A stretch of 63,801 nt of DNA, filler included, from Octopus bimaculoides (GCF_001194135.2; 6 parts of 4 records of this genome joined end to end with filler, not necessarily neighbours in it); one strand, 5' to 3'. Shown: positions 13,215 through 25,110, counted from the first letter of the whole stretch. Made by a program: numbers and translations. The notes: generated from the letters alone by a model not told the origin.

Positions 13215-14345
13215 TATTATTATTATTATTATTGTTCAGTAGTCTTATTTTTATAACGTGCTTTCACTTCACTACCGAGCGCAGCTCTGTGCGCCTTGGG
13301 TATGTGCTGTGGTTTGCTGTGGTGCTCTTATGTTTACTGTATTGAAAGTGTTTTGCGTAGAATGTGTGCAGTACCCAGTAGTGCAATTTTCTGTATGTTA
13401 TATATATTTGTAAGTCCTGGTGTTTTTGTTATGTATTTGTCTGAATATTTTTTTATTATACCTAAGGCACCTACTATGATAGGAATTGTTTCTGTTTTTA
13501 GATTCCACATTCGAGTTATCTCTATTTCCAGGTCTTTGTATTTTGAAAGTTTTTCCATTTCTTTTAGAGAAACGTTGTCATCTGCTGGTNNNNNNNNNNN
13601 NNNNNNNNNNNNNNNNNNNNNNNNNNNNNNNNNNNNNNNNNNNNNNNNNNNNNNNNNNNNNNNNNNNNNNNNNNNNNNNNNNNNNNNNNNNNNNNNNNNN
13701 NNNNNNNNNNNNNNNNNNNNNNNNNNNNNNNNNNNNNNNNNNNNNNNNNNNNNNNNNNNNNNNNNNNNNNNNNNNNNNNNNNNNNNNNNNNNNNNNNNNN
13801 NNNNNNNNNNNNNNNNNNNNNNNNNNNNNNNNNNNNNNNNNNNNNNNNNNNNNNNNNNNNNNNNNNNNNNNNNNNNNNNNNNNNNNNNNNNNNNNNNNNN
13901 NNNNNNNNNNNNNNNNNNNNNNNNNNNNNNNNNNNNNNNNNNNNNNNNNNNNNNNNNNNNNNNNNNNNNNNNNNNNNNNNNNNNNNNNNNNNNNNNNNNN
14001 NNNNNNNNNNNNNNNNNNNNNNNNNNNNNNNNNNNNNNNNNNNNNNNNNNNNNNNNNNNNNNNNNNNNNNNNNNNNNNNNNNNNNNNNNNNNNNNNNNNN
14101 NNNNNNNNNNNNNNNNNNNNNNNNNNNNNNNNNNNNNNNNCTTGCCATCGTTTTATCATGGTCCGTTGCTGTTCTAGTTTTAGTTTGGATTTCATTTGTT
14201 TTATAGCTTTTGTTGTTTTTCTTCTTCTTTTTCTTCTTCTTCTTCTTCGTATTTGTTAGGTAGATTGATTTCTTGTTTGTATTTGTCAGCTTCCTTAAAT
14301 ACTGAAAACAGTTTTTTGTTTTGCTCGTGTTTTGTGGCTATTTGT
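13215..14345 (-). mobile_element. R4/Dong-type non-LTR retrotransposon, 5'-truncated, 3' end intact (spans an N gap)
   Basis: HEQNKKLFSVFKEADKYK...TMIKRWQ [gap] PADDNVSLKEMEKLSKYKDLEIEITRMWNLKTETIPIIVGALG...ALLGTAHILRKTLSIQ*. Flanked by (ATT)n on both sides. Confidence 0.85.
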
Positions 14346-14349
14346 ATTA

Positions 14350-14350
14350 G

Positions 14351-14409
<59 letters not shown>

Positions 14410-14675
14410 CATTATTACTGTTATTATTATGTACACAATTGTAAAGAACGACACTGCTTACCAAATCATCGCTGATATGTGTGTGTGTGTGTGATGATGG
14501 TGATGATGATGATGACGACGACAATGGTAATGATAACGATGATGATGGTAACAATGATGATGATGCTGATGATGATGACAACGATGATGGTGAGGATGAT
14601 GATGATGATGATAATGATGATGACAACAATGACGATGATGACCTGAAGCTAAATAACAAAAACAACAATAACATT
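14350..14675. repeat. (ATT)n / (TG)n / (GAT,GAC,AAC)n microsatellites
   Basis: Directly visible. Confidence 0.95.
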
Positions 14676-15018
14676 CCAGTTTCCGCCAGAGATTTTTCCA
14701 GAAGCTTCCTCAGGTTGATGTTAAACTAAGCAGAGAGTCTCTGACAAAGATGGATTCATGGAGTTAATCCAAAGCTGAAACTTGATCTCTACAACGGCTG
14801 AATCTTGCAAATAACGGCAAAAATATATAACAAAGTAGATTTTCAAGATCAATAAGTGTTTGTTTGCCTGTTTTGTTTTTGGGTTTTCTTCGCTCGAATA
14901 CATGATGTTTATTATTGAGAAGAGAAATCCACAAGCAATCTTCCTGCTTACAGCTGATTAGGTCTTTCAGCAAGACACACACATCCATCCCGCTGTCACC
15001 ACTATCATGCATGTTACA

Positions 15019-15422
15019 TTACTCTTTTACTTGTTTCAGTCATTTGAGAGTGGCCATGCTGGAGTACCACCTTTAATCAAGCAAATCGACCTCAGGACTT
15101 ATCCTTTGTAAGCCTAGTACTTATTCTATCAGTCTTTTTTGCCGAACTGCTAAGTTACGGGGACGTAAACACACCAGCATCGGTTGTCAAGCAATGTTGC
15201 GGAGACAAACACAGACACACAAACATATACACACACATACATATATGTATACACATATATACGACGGGCTTCTTTCAGTTTCCGTCTACCAAATCCACTT
15301 ACAAGGCTTTGGTTGGCCTGAAGCTTTAGTAGAAGACACTTGTCCAAGGTGCCACACAGTAGGACTGAACCCAGAACCATGTGGTTTGTAAGCAAGCTGC
15401 TTACCACGCAGCCACTCCTATG
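15019..15422 (-). mobile_element. SINE family A, full length
   Basis: Reverse complement has the head, internal tract and aagtaaaagagtaa tail. Confidence 0.9.
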
Positions 15423-15524
15423 AATACATTATATATGTATATACATATACATATGTGTGTGCGTGTGTGTGTGTGTGTGTGCATGTATGTGTGTGTGCAT
15501 GTGTGTGTGTGTGTGTGTGTGTGT

Positions 15525-15569
<45 letters not shown>

Positions 15570-15599
15570 GTGCATTCCAGAAGTTTTGAGACTTTTTCA

Positions 15600-15892
15600 G
15601 GAGAGATGAACATTGAGCCTCAAAGAGGCAAAGTGGTTAAGTTCCTTTCAAGCATTGAGCCTCCCGAAAGCAAAGTGGTTGAGTTCCTTTCGAACGTTGG
15701 GCCTCACAGAGGCAATGACGGAGACCTTTGGCATTATGTCGTGCTTGTGAAGAAGACCCATGAAGCCAAGCAAAATCTCAGTCATGGCAGATACTGGTGT
15801 CACACAAATGGCACCTGTGCCAGTGGCATGTAAAAGCACCCGTTACTCTCTTGTAGTGGTTGGCATTAGGAAGGGCATCCAGCCTTAGAAAC
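15600..15892 (+). mobile_element. SINE family B 5' portion with 42-bp tandem units
   Basis: Units start at 15611, 15653 and 15695. Downstream sequence matches 10293-10420. Confidence 0.7.
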
Positions 15893-15985
15893 TATATGTA
15901 TGTATGTATGTACTGTATCTATCTATATATATATATATACGTATGTATGTATTGTATCTCTATATATGTATGTATGTACTGTATC

Positions 15986-16016
<31 letters not shown>

Positions 16017-16365
16017 TGTATCTCTATATATATATGTATGTATTGTATCTCTATATATATATCCCTGGACTGGCTCTTGTGCAGGTGGCACATAAAATAT
16101 ACCATTTGAGCGTGGCTGTTGCCAGTACCGCCTGACTGGCTTTCGTGCTGGTGGCATGTAAAAGCACCCACTACACTCTCAGAGTGGTTGGCGTTAGGAA
16201 GGGCATCCAGCTGTAGAAACTCTGCCAGATCAGATTGGAGCCTGGTGTTACCATCTGGTTTCACCAGTCCTCAGTCAAATCGTCCAACCCATGCCAGCAT
16301 GGAAAGCGGATGTTAAACGACGATGATGATTGTATCTCTATATATGTATGCATGTATGTACTGTA

Positions 16366-16424
<59 letters not shown>

Positions 16425-16455
16425 TGTATCTCTATATGTTTATGTATGTATTGTG
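15885..16455. repeat. (tatgtatgtattgtatctctatata)n minisatellite interrupted by a SINE B
   Basis: Directly visible on both sides of 16064-16330. Confidence 0.85.
16064..16330 (+). mobile_element. SINE family B, well-preserved 3' portion
   Basis: aaaagcacccactacactctcagagtggttggcgttaggaagggcatccagctgtag...ccaacccatgccagcatggaaagcggatgttaaacgacgatgatgat. Confidence 0.9.
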
Positions 16456-16735
16456 ACTGTGTTCATTTCTTTCCTTTTTAGTAGATCGGAGCCAATGGTA
16501 TTGAATATTTGTGTGAATTATTTCATGCAGAGTAACTGTTGTAGATTAGGTGTGAATTTTAACTGAGACAGAACCCACAGAGGACATTGTTGTCGCTCAA
16601 GCGTTCGATTATTGAAGCATGTCGACAGCCCATAGCATTAAGTAGTGCAAATACATATGAATTAGTAATTTCTTTGCCATGTCACTTTAAATATCCTTTT
16701 TTTTCCCTGTTCTCTTATCTGACCAAGTAATCAGG

Positions 16736-16768
<33 letters not shown>

Positions 16769-17066
16769 CATGCATGCATGCACGCAGACACACACACACA
16801 CATATGCAAGCATGCATGCACACACGGTGATATTGAGAATGATGTCTGTTTCGGAAGTGGTCATCAACTAACAAGGAAAGTGGTGAACTGTCAACTTGGT
16901 ATGTGTGGGGGTGGAGGTGTGACTGATAGTCTGGGTGGATGTGGGGAGTAGGGGTGGGGAGTAGAGGTGGGGAGTAGAGGTGTGGAGGTGGGATAATGAC
17001 AATCAATGAAATGGTTTCTATGGCTACAATAAACAACTATAAATTTGATGACTCTTACTTTCTAAA

Positions 17067-17105
<39 letters not shown>

Positions 17106-17109
17106 TACC

Positions 17110-17195
<86 letters not shown>

Positions 17196-17217
17196 CACCA
17201 CCACCACTACTACCACC

Positions 17218-17249
<32 letters not shown>

Positions 17250-17275
17250 CACTACTACCACTACTACTACTACTA
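17067..17275. repeat. (ACT/ACC)n trinucleotide tract
   Basis: Directly visible; source of the poly-Thr/poly-Val ORFs. Confidence 0.97.
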
Positions 17276-17467
17276 GGGATTTGTTATTCATTGTCTTTAT
17301 TATTTTCATATCAGTGAGATTGCAGATTACACAACCATTTCTCTTCTACACAGTTTATCACTCACTTCATTTAACTTGTGCTTTCTCTATTTATATATTT
17401 ATCATTATTATTATCATTATTATCATTATTATCATTATTATTACTATCATTATTATTGTTATTCGTA

Positions 17468-17794
17468 TTAGAGTCAACCTAGCTAAAACCAAAATCCTAA
17501 CAAGTAGGAAGGTAGATAAAACACAAACCCCTTCAGGTAGATGGCCCTGCTCAGTATGTAGAAAAGGAGTAGGTAGTAACTCTATAATATGTACCCGGTG
17601 CAAGCTATGGACACATAAGAGGTGCAGCAACATCAAAGGCAGGTTAACTAGCAAGTTAGTTTTTGTTTGTGGCAGATGTTCAGGTGCAATAAAGACTGTA
17701 AACAAACAGGAAACAACTTCTATCTCATTCCAGGGTGAAAAACTAGAGGTAGTCGATAGCTTCCGCTATCTGGGCGACCAAGTTAGTAGTGGGG
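17468..17794 (+). mobile_element. RTE-clade LINE fragment with a Cys/His-rich insertion after the RT core
   Basis: RVNLAKTKIL...WPCSVCRKGVGSNSIICTRCKLWTHKRCSNIKG...FVCGRC...LEVVDSFRYLGD, uninterrupted up to the gap. Confidence 0.85.
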
Positions 17795-17894
17795 NNNNNN
17801 NNNNNNNNNNNNNNNNNNNNNNNNNNNNNNNNNNNNNNTTAATTAATTAANNNNNNNNNNNNNNNNNNNNNNNNNNNNNNNNNNNNNNNNNNNN
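17795..17894. other. Artificial scaffold-join gap (44N + TTAATTAATTAA + 44N); the same block occurs at 27714-27813, 42191-42290, 48410-48509 and 61621-61720
   Basis: Identical 100-bp architecture five times. The 12-mer is palindromic and places stops in all six frames. Confidence 0.95.
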
Positions 17895-17935
<41 letters not shown>

Positions 17936-18582
17936 TATATATATTGTCTATAGTTAACAATAACTAGCTACTATGACATTAATGAGGATGATGATGATGA
18001 TGACGATGATGATGATGAAGATGATGACGAAGATTACGATGACAGTGACGACGGCAACAGTAGTGGTGATGAAGAAGACGACGAGGACTACGATTACGAT
18101 AATGATAACTAACAATAATGATGATGAGGAGGAGGAGGAGGATGAGAGTGTTGATAATAATGGAGATGATGCATATTTTCACGCGCGCCAACACACGTAT
18201 GCTACAAGCAGTGTGCCTCACGCAATTTCGCACGCACATGCGCAAACACACAGACACAAACAGACGCAGGCATCCATTCACACGCGTCCACACAGTACAC
18301 ACACCACATCCAACTTCTTTCATCCTGCCTTTATCCTAATCTACTTGATTTTATTTTCCTTTCCCCTCATCCTCCATTAAAAATGTTCATTGTTTTCCCA
18401 AATTCCTTTCTCTTTATTCCTCTTTTCTTTCTGCTTCTCATTTTTTTTTTTTTATTTATCTTTTACTCGTTTCACTCTTTTTTCTTTAATCTTTTTTCCT
18501 GTTAATCTTTGACGCGTTTAGACCGCGGCAACGCTTGGGGACATCATTGAAAGAATTACTCAAACAAATCTACCCCGGTACT

Positions 18583-19014
18583 CTTTTACTCTTTTACTCT
18601 TTTACTCTTTTACTTGTTTCAGTCATTTGACAGTGGCCATACTGGAGCACCGCCTTCAGCCGATCAAATCGACCCCAGGACTTATTCTTTGTAAGCCTAG
18701 TACTTATTCTATCGGGTTTTTTTGCCGAACCGCTAAGTTACGGGGACATAAACACACCAGTATCGGTTGTCAAGCGATGTTCGGAGGGGGGACAAACACA
18801 GATACACAAACATCTACACACACATACATATATATATATATACATATATACGACGGGCTTCTTTCAGTTTCCGTCTACCAAATCCACTCACAAGGCTTTG
18901 GTCGGCCCGAGGCTATAGTAGAAGACACTTGCCCAAAGTGCCACGCAGTGGGACTGAACCCAGAACCATGTGGAACATAAGCAAGCTACTTACCACACAG
19001 CCACTCCTACGCCT
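18583..19014 (-). mobile_element. SINE family A, full-length young copy nested in an older family A copy
   Basis: (cttttact)n tail; ggtact repeated at 18577-18582 and 19015-19020. Both flanks resemble the family A 3' body. Confidence 0.9.
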
Positions 19015-19236
19015 GGTACTTCTTCTCTTTTTGATCTGGTACTTCTTTTCCTATCGGGCTTTTATATAGAAACTTTAATTTGCAAAGATGCAAACAAACC
19101 AACACCGGTTGTCAAGTGGTGGTGAGAGACACAAACTCTCTCTCTCTCTCACGCATACAACCCCCCCTCTAGCTATCTCTCACTCACACAAACTCACATA
19201 CACACCAACGCGCGCGTGCACAAATCCTCTCTCTCT

Positions 19237-19278
<42 letters not shown>

Positions 19279-19302
19279 AACTCTCTCTGTCTCTCTCGCA
19301 CG

Positions 19303-19340
<38 letters not shown>

Positions 19341-19639
19341 ACTGAATTCTCATATGCATGAACCTGCACCAGCATATACGCGTGGACACGTATGCATGTA
19401 TATGTGTGAGTGTATACGAATGCGTGTCCTCTACTCTTCCCTGTCTCTATGTGTCTGTGTGCACGTTAGCTAGATATAAGATGTGATACGTTTAACTGAT
19501 GCGTGTGTGCACCCAAGCCAGTGAACCTCTCCTGTGTGTGTGTGTGTGTATGTGTGTGTGTGTGTGTGCGTGTGTGTGTGTGTGTGTGCATGTGTGTATA
19601 TGTGTGTGTGTATGCTATTGCGTGTGTGCCTGTGCGAGT

Positions 19640-20070
19640 ATGCAACTATTATATTTTCTTTAATATAATCGTCTCACTACACATTCTGCGTTTGTCGCTA
19701 TCGGTATTGTTGTCTATTCAGTACTTCATATAGCTAGTCCTTAACGCTTGTTCCTGAGCTGCACGTATGAGTGCTTCTGTCTCTATCTTCAAGTCACTCT
19801 TCTACGTCCATAGCCATCGGTTCTCTGTATGTCTTGGCGCTCACGTTTCTTGCAAACTGCGCGTACATGATCTTTTGCTTCCATGCTTTTTCTTTTCTTT
19901 TTTTTTTTGGTCATTGCCTGTTTAAATTTTTCTCTAGTTACACAGTTTTCAGTTTTGATGATGCTTGTCTTCTTCATGTGTTTCAACAGTGGCTCCACAT
20001 CATTTTTTACCGGCGTGCTTACGATTCTTCGAGCTAGCCTCCTACACTGTCTTCAATATTGGAAAAGGAA
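19640..20070 (-). mobile_element. R4/Dong-type LINE fragment (region upstream of the zinc knuckle)
   Basis: IEDSV...WKQKIMYAQFAR...WLWT*KSDLKIETEALIRAAQEQALRTSYMKY*ID...RMC. Confidence 0.8.
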
Positions 20071-20546
20071 ATGTTTAATTGGGATAATGAAGCCCTATAC
20101 AGTTTTAAATTTAAAATGGGTCTTTAAAAAATGAAGTGGTCATGGCTGAAATGTTTTTGTTCATAAATTTGATAAACTAAGACTGACCCAAGGTTAAACG
20201 AGTTCAGCAGCAATAACAAAAGCGAGTAGTTTATTTTGAGCCAGCAAGGGATGCTCCATACTTTTGACTTGCAAGAAATAGTAGTCATATTTCACTTAAA
20301 TCACAGCTCAACGCCTTTGCGTTGGATAATGTAGTGTTAAAATATATTAAATGCTGAGCTACAGAACGATACGATAGTGCGATGTTCATAACTGGAATGC
20401 TTTCGATCATAGATTGGCTCAAGCAATATCTGCAATGATAATGCAAAAAACTACTATGTGGTCGGTTTACTTGCTGGAAAGAGTAGTCATGTCTCCCTCA
20501 AATCCTAACAAAGCATTGTTACATTAGAAAGTGTAGAAGCAGATAT

Positions 20547-20936
20547 GTTGTTGTTGTTGCCACTCCGTCGCTTACGACGTCGAGGGTTCCAGTCGATCCG
20601 ATCAATGGAACAGCCTGCTCGTGAAATTAACGTGCAAGTGGCTGAGCACTCCACAGACACGTGTACCCTTAACATAGTTCTCGGGGATATTCAGCGTGAC
20701 ACAGTGTGACAAGGATGACCCTTTGAATTACAGGCACAACAGAAACAGGAAGTAAGAGTGAGAGAAAGTTGTGATGGAAGAGCACAGCAGGGTTCGCCAC
20801 CATCCCCTGTCGGAGCCTCGTAGAGCTTTAGGCGTTTTCGCTCAATAAACACTCACAACGTCCGGTCTGAGAATCGAAACCGCGATCCTATGACCGCGAG
20901 TCCGCTGCCCTAACCACTGGGCCATTGCGCCTCCAC
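20547..20936 (-). mobile_element. SINE family C, full length, tRNA-derived head, (AAC)n tail, 12-bp target-site duplication
   Basis: Head ggcgcaatggcccagtggttagggcagcggactcgcgg...ggtttcgattctc (boxes A and B). AGAAGCAGATAT at 20535-20546 and 20937-20948. Confidence 0.92.
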
Positions 20937-21733
20937 AGAAGCAGATATATGAATAATAAAAATGAATAAACGTAATGGTCGTGGTTGGAACACTTTTGAT
21001 CATACGTTTGTTCTGTGAGGATTGATAGGGGAGGGTTAAACAACAACAATAACACCAAGAACTGCAGCATCAACTAAGAATTTAATCAATTTATTGATGG
21101 TAATTAAATCAAGCGTCTTATTTATCATTGATCGCAATAAAATTAAAAGTATTTGATTTATTACAGTTATATTGTAAACTTTTACATGCCTTGCCAGTTA
21201 CGTCAAACATTATAATTAAGTTAAGGTTAGTGTTAATACATCTAATGCCGGAAACATTAGAAAGCTAATTAGAAATTATTATGCAATGAAGCTTAACTAA
21301 ATAAATATATAGAATAAAATGAATAAATGACAAATATTACTTAAAATGTTTTCTCCGCAAGGGAGACAAATCGCAGTATATTTGTGTTTTTATTATTACG
21401 TCATCAGCACATTACCAGGCATTATCAGAAGTTACCACCACTGTAACATGTTGACGGTATCCCACATGAATGTTAGTATGATAAGAACTCAAGCGGAAGC
21501 AAGATGGCGGTTAAAAGACATCAGACTTCATTGATCTACACGTCTTACAATGCTTACACCACTAGCAGACATTCTATTTCTTTTGTTTCCAGTTGGCCAA
21601 TGAGCACCGCTCAGCCGAAAACTTGGTCGGTATATACATGGAGTACTCAATTTAAGTTGAAACCGGTAGGAAAAGATCTAAGAATACTTTTCTTAAATAT
21701 TGTTTTTTGAAATTATGCACCAAAATGAAACGA

Positions 21734-22159
21734 TAGGCGCAGGAGTGGCTGTGTGGTAAGTAGCTTGCTTACAAACGACATGGTTCCGGGTTCATTCCAA
21801 CTGTGTATCACATTGGGCAAGTGTCTTCTACTATAGCCTCAGGCCGACCAAAGCCTTGTGAGTGGATTTGGTAGACGAAAATGGAAAGAAGCCCGTCGTA
21901 TATATGTATATATATTTATATATANNNNNNNNNNNNNNNNNNNNNNNNNNNNNNNNNNNNNNNNNNNNNNNNNNNNNNNNNNNNNNNNNNNNNNNNNNNN
22001 NNNNNNNNNNNNNNNNNNNNNNNNNNNNNNNNNNNNNNNNNNNNNNNNNNNNNNNNNNNNNNNNNNNNNNNNNNNNNNNNNNNNNNNNNNNNNNNNNNNN
22101 NNNNNNNNNNNNNNNNNNNNNNNNNNNNNNNNNNNNNNNNNNNNNNNNNNNNNNNNNNN

Positions 22160-22195
<36 letters not shown>

Positions 22196-22412
22196 TGTGT
22201 CTGTGTTTGTCCCCCCCCAACATCGCTTGACAACCGATGTGTTTACGTACCCGTAACATTAGCGGTCCGGCAAAAGATGCCGATTGAATAAGTACTAGGC
22301 TTCCAAAGAATAAGTCTTGGGGGTCGATTTGCTCGACTAAAGGCGGTGCTCCAGCATAGCCGCAGTCAAATGACTGAACCAAGTAAAAGAGTAAAGAGTA
22401 AAGAGTAAAGAG
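21734..22412 (+). mobile_element. SINE family A, full length, internal microsatellite collapsed into an N gap
   Basis: Head and tail intact on either side of (TA)n-N-(TG)n. Confidence 0.9.
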
Positions 22413-22775
22413 AGAGAGATATATTATGAAATTAGTCATAAAATTCTTGGTTCATTATTCGTCTTTTAACCTTTATTTTTCTTCCAATATGACGCGTAAA
22501 TTTTACATAATCCTGAGTTGATAATATACAGTGTGGAAGTCTTGTCCTTAGTAGTGTCTACAAGTTTCTTCTTTTCCTGTTATGGATCTTTAGAATATCT
22601 GTAAAAATTCAAGTCAGAAGAATGTTTCAAATTCGATTTTGATGTATATGTTATTTAACGCAGAAAGCATAAAGCTGCACACATATGGAGCATAACTTTT
22701 ATGGATTGTGTCATGAATTACTGTCTCTACCTGAATATTTACATTAACTCACAAATTTTGTATATTTTCTCACAG

Positions 22776-22906
22776 TTCCTAATGCATTACTGCCGGCCAT
22801 TATATTGTATGCCACAAGACAGCCTGATGATTGAAGAAGATGACGAGAACCGGATTTCTTCAAAGCAAGACCCATATCGTCATCTGAGCTTGAAATTCAA
22901 ATTCCT
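22776..22906 (+). CDS. Candidate internal exon, product unknown
   Basis: Acceptor tttgtatattttctcacag and donor cct|gtaaga. One open frame, FLMHYCRPLYCMPQDSLMIEEDDENRISSKQDPYRHLSLKFKF. No homology recognised. Confidence 0.25.
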
Positions 22907-23634
22907 GTAAGACACCAGTTAAATTAGTATGTATAAAACATAAATACGAACACATTGGTCTGGTTTATTACATTTGCTACTGCTTTAAGGGGATACGCGC
23001 TGCTAAACATTAATCAACAGGGCTATCTGTAGAATAAAACAGTGCCTATATATATATATATATATATATATTAATGGATCAGCAACAGTTGCTTCAGCAC
23101 ATACTGAAGTTCAGTACCCTTATTTATATATATATCTATATATATNNNNNNNNNNNNNNNNNNNNNNNNNNNNNNNNNNNNNNNNNNNNNNNNNNNNNNN
23201 NNNNNNNNNNNNNNNNNNNNNNNNNNNNNNNNNNNNNNNNNNNNNNNNNNNNNNNNNNNNNNNNNNNNNNNNNNNNNNNNNNNNNNNNNNNNNNNNNNNN
23301 NNNNNNNNNNNNNNNNNNNNNNNNNNNNNNNNNNNNNNNNNNNNNNNNNNNNNNNNNNNNNNNNNNNNNNNNNNNNNNNNNNNNNNNNNNNNNNNNNNNN
23401 NNNNNNNNNNNNNNNNNNNNNNNNNNNNNNNNNNNNNNNNNNNNNNNNNNNNNNNNNNNNNNNNNNNNNNNNNNNNNNNNNNNNNNNNNNNNNNNNNNNN
23501 NNNNNNNNNNNNNNNNNNNNNNNNNNNNNNNNNNNNNNNNNNNNNNNNNNNNNNNNNNNNNNNNNNNNNNNNNNNNNNNNNNNNNNNNNNNNNNNNNNNN
23601 NNNNNNNNNNNNNNNNNNNNNNNNNNNATATATA

Positions 23635-23798
23635 GTCGATTACATTGATTCCAGTGCATAGCTGGTACTTATTTCATCGATCCCGAAAGGATGTAAGGCA
23701 AGTCGATCTCGACGAAATTTGAACGCAGAACGTAAGGACGGACGAAATGCCGCTAAGCATTTTGCCCAGCGTGCCAACAATTCAGCTAGCTTACCGCC
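23635..23798 (-). mobile_element. SINE family D (left arm of an inverted pair)
   Basis: Reverse complement aligns to 23831-23996. Confidence 0.88.
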
Positions 23799-23830
23799 TT
23801 CAAATGACTTTTAATAAAACGTCTAGTGAA

Positions 23831-24225
23831 AGCGATGAGCTGGCAGAAACGTTAGCACGCCAGGTGGAATCCTTAGCGGTATTTCGTCTGCCGCTACATT
23901 CTGAGTTCAAATTCTGCCGAGGTCGACTTTGCCTTTCATCACTTTGGGGTTGATTAAATAAGTACCAGTTACGCACTGGGGTCGTTATAATCGACTTAAT
24001 ACGTCTGTTTGTCCTTGTTTGTTCCCTCTATGTTTAGCCCCTTGTGGGCAGTAAAGAAATAAGAAACGTTAGCAAGCTGGGTGAAAGGCATTTCGTCCGT
24101 TTTCACGTTCTGAGTTCAAATTCCGTCGGGGTCAACTTTGCCATTTATCCTTTAGGCGTCGATAAAATAAGTACCGATTGATCCCTTCCCACAAATTGCT
24201 AGCCTTTGGCCAAAATTTGAAACAA
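23831..24225 (+). mobile_element. Two tandem SINE family D copies (23831-24062, 24063-24225)
   Basis: gagctggcagaaacgttagcacg...ctgagttcaaattc...gtcgactttgcctttcatc, repeated. Confidence 0.88.
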
Positions 24226-24289
24226 ATATAACCTCCAGTCGACTAAAGACTTTTGAGTGAAACTGAATATGCTGAAAGTATGTATAAAG

Positions 24290-24460
24290 CCGTCTGAGGG
24301 ATTGTATCTGTAATTCAAATGTTATGTTGTGTCACGTTGTGTTACGCTGATTTTGTCCGAGAATTATATAACGGAAACGTATGTATGTAGAATACTCCCC
24401 TGCTTGCAATGTTAATTCAATGATTACGTAATTCAGCTGATCAATCAACTGAATACAAAT
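24290..24460 (+). mobile_element. SINE family C, old 3' fragment
   Basis: ctgtaattcaaa...gtcac...acgctga...gagaa...cttgcaatgttaatt resembles the reverse complement of 20580-20735. Confidence 0.6.
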
Positions 24461-24743
24461 CTTCGAGAGCGGTCGAGATCCGTTTTAATAATTCAATATA
24501 TAGATCCGTTGATCGAGCAATTGAAAGATTAATTTGTCGAAACTACAAGCAGATTCATCAAATCTGTTCGAGTGTACGGTGTTATTGGTTAAGTGTTGGA
24601 TTGAGTTAGAATGGTTCAACGGGTGAACACCAATAACAAATGACAGTGCGTGCGTTAGCTGAAGGAAGTTTGGTCATCAAGCTGGTGACCTTTTCAATTT
24701 GACTTCGTTACATTTGCACAAATTAACAGACACGCATGTAGAA

Positions 24744-24799
<56 letters not shown>

Positions 24800-25110
24800 N
24801 NNNNNNNNNNNNNNNNNNNNNNNNNNNNNNNNNNNNNNNNNNNNNNNNNNNNNNNNNNNNNNNNNNNNNNNNNNNNNNNNNNNNNNNNNNNNNNGTGGTG
24901 TTATTTTAATCGGTAGATGGTTACAAAATTGATTCAGGAGTCGAAAGTTTCGTATCGAGCACTTCTCTCACATTTATAACATTCCGTCTATTAAAAATTA
25001 TTACTATTATTCCGTTGAGAGCAACTTTACCCTTCAGAGTCGGAACACTGAGTCGATCTAATCCACTTACTCCCTTCCCTGAAGTTGCTGGTCATGTGCC
25101 AAAATTTGAA

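Noticed and set aside
16825-16898. TSP1-like exon CFGSGHQLTRKVVNCQ ending at ttg|gtatgt
   Set aside because: There is no credible acceptor upstream (only microsatellite), and the motif lacks the WxxW and CSxTC hallmarks.
16996-17850. 284-aa mucin-like poly-Thr protein fused to a zinc finger
   Set aside because: A chance read-through of (ACT)n and (ATT)n tracts into an RTE fragment.
20860-20936. tRNA genes (also at 5181, 21734, 26172, 26331, 46142)
   Set aside because: These are tRNA-derived SINE heads: boxes A and B are present, but they continue into repeated SINE bodies with no complete cloverleaf evident.
22776-22906. Selenoprotein-like reading PDD-U-RR-U-REPDFF in an alternative frame
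   Set aside because: Two TGA codons in AT-rich DNA are expected by chance. There is no recognisable selenoprotein fold or SECIS element, and another frame is fully open.
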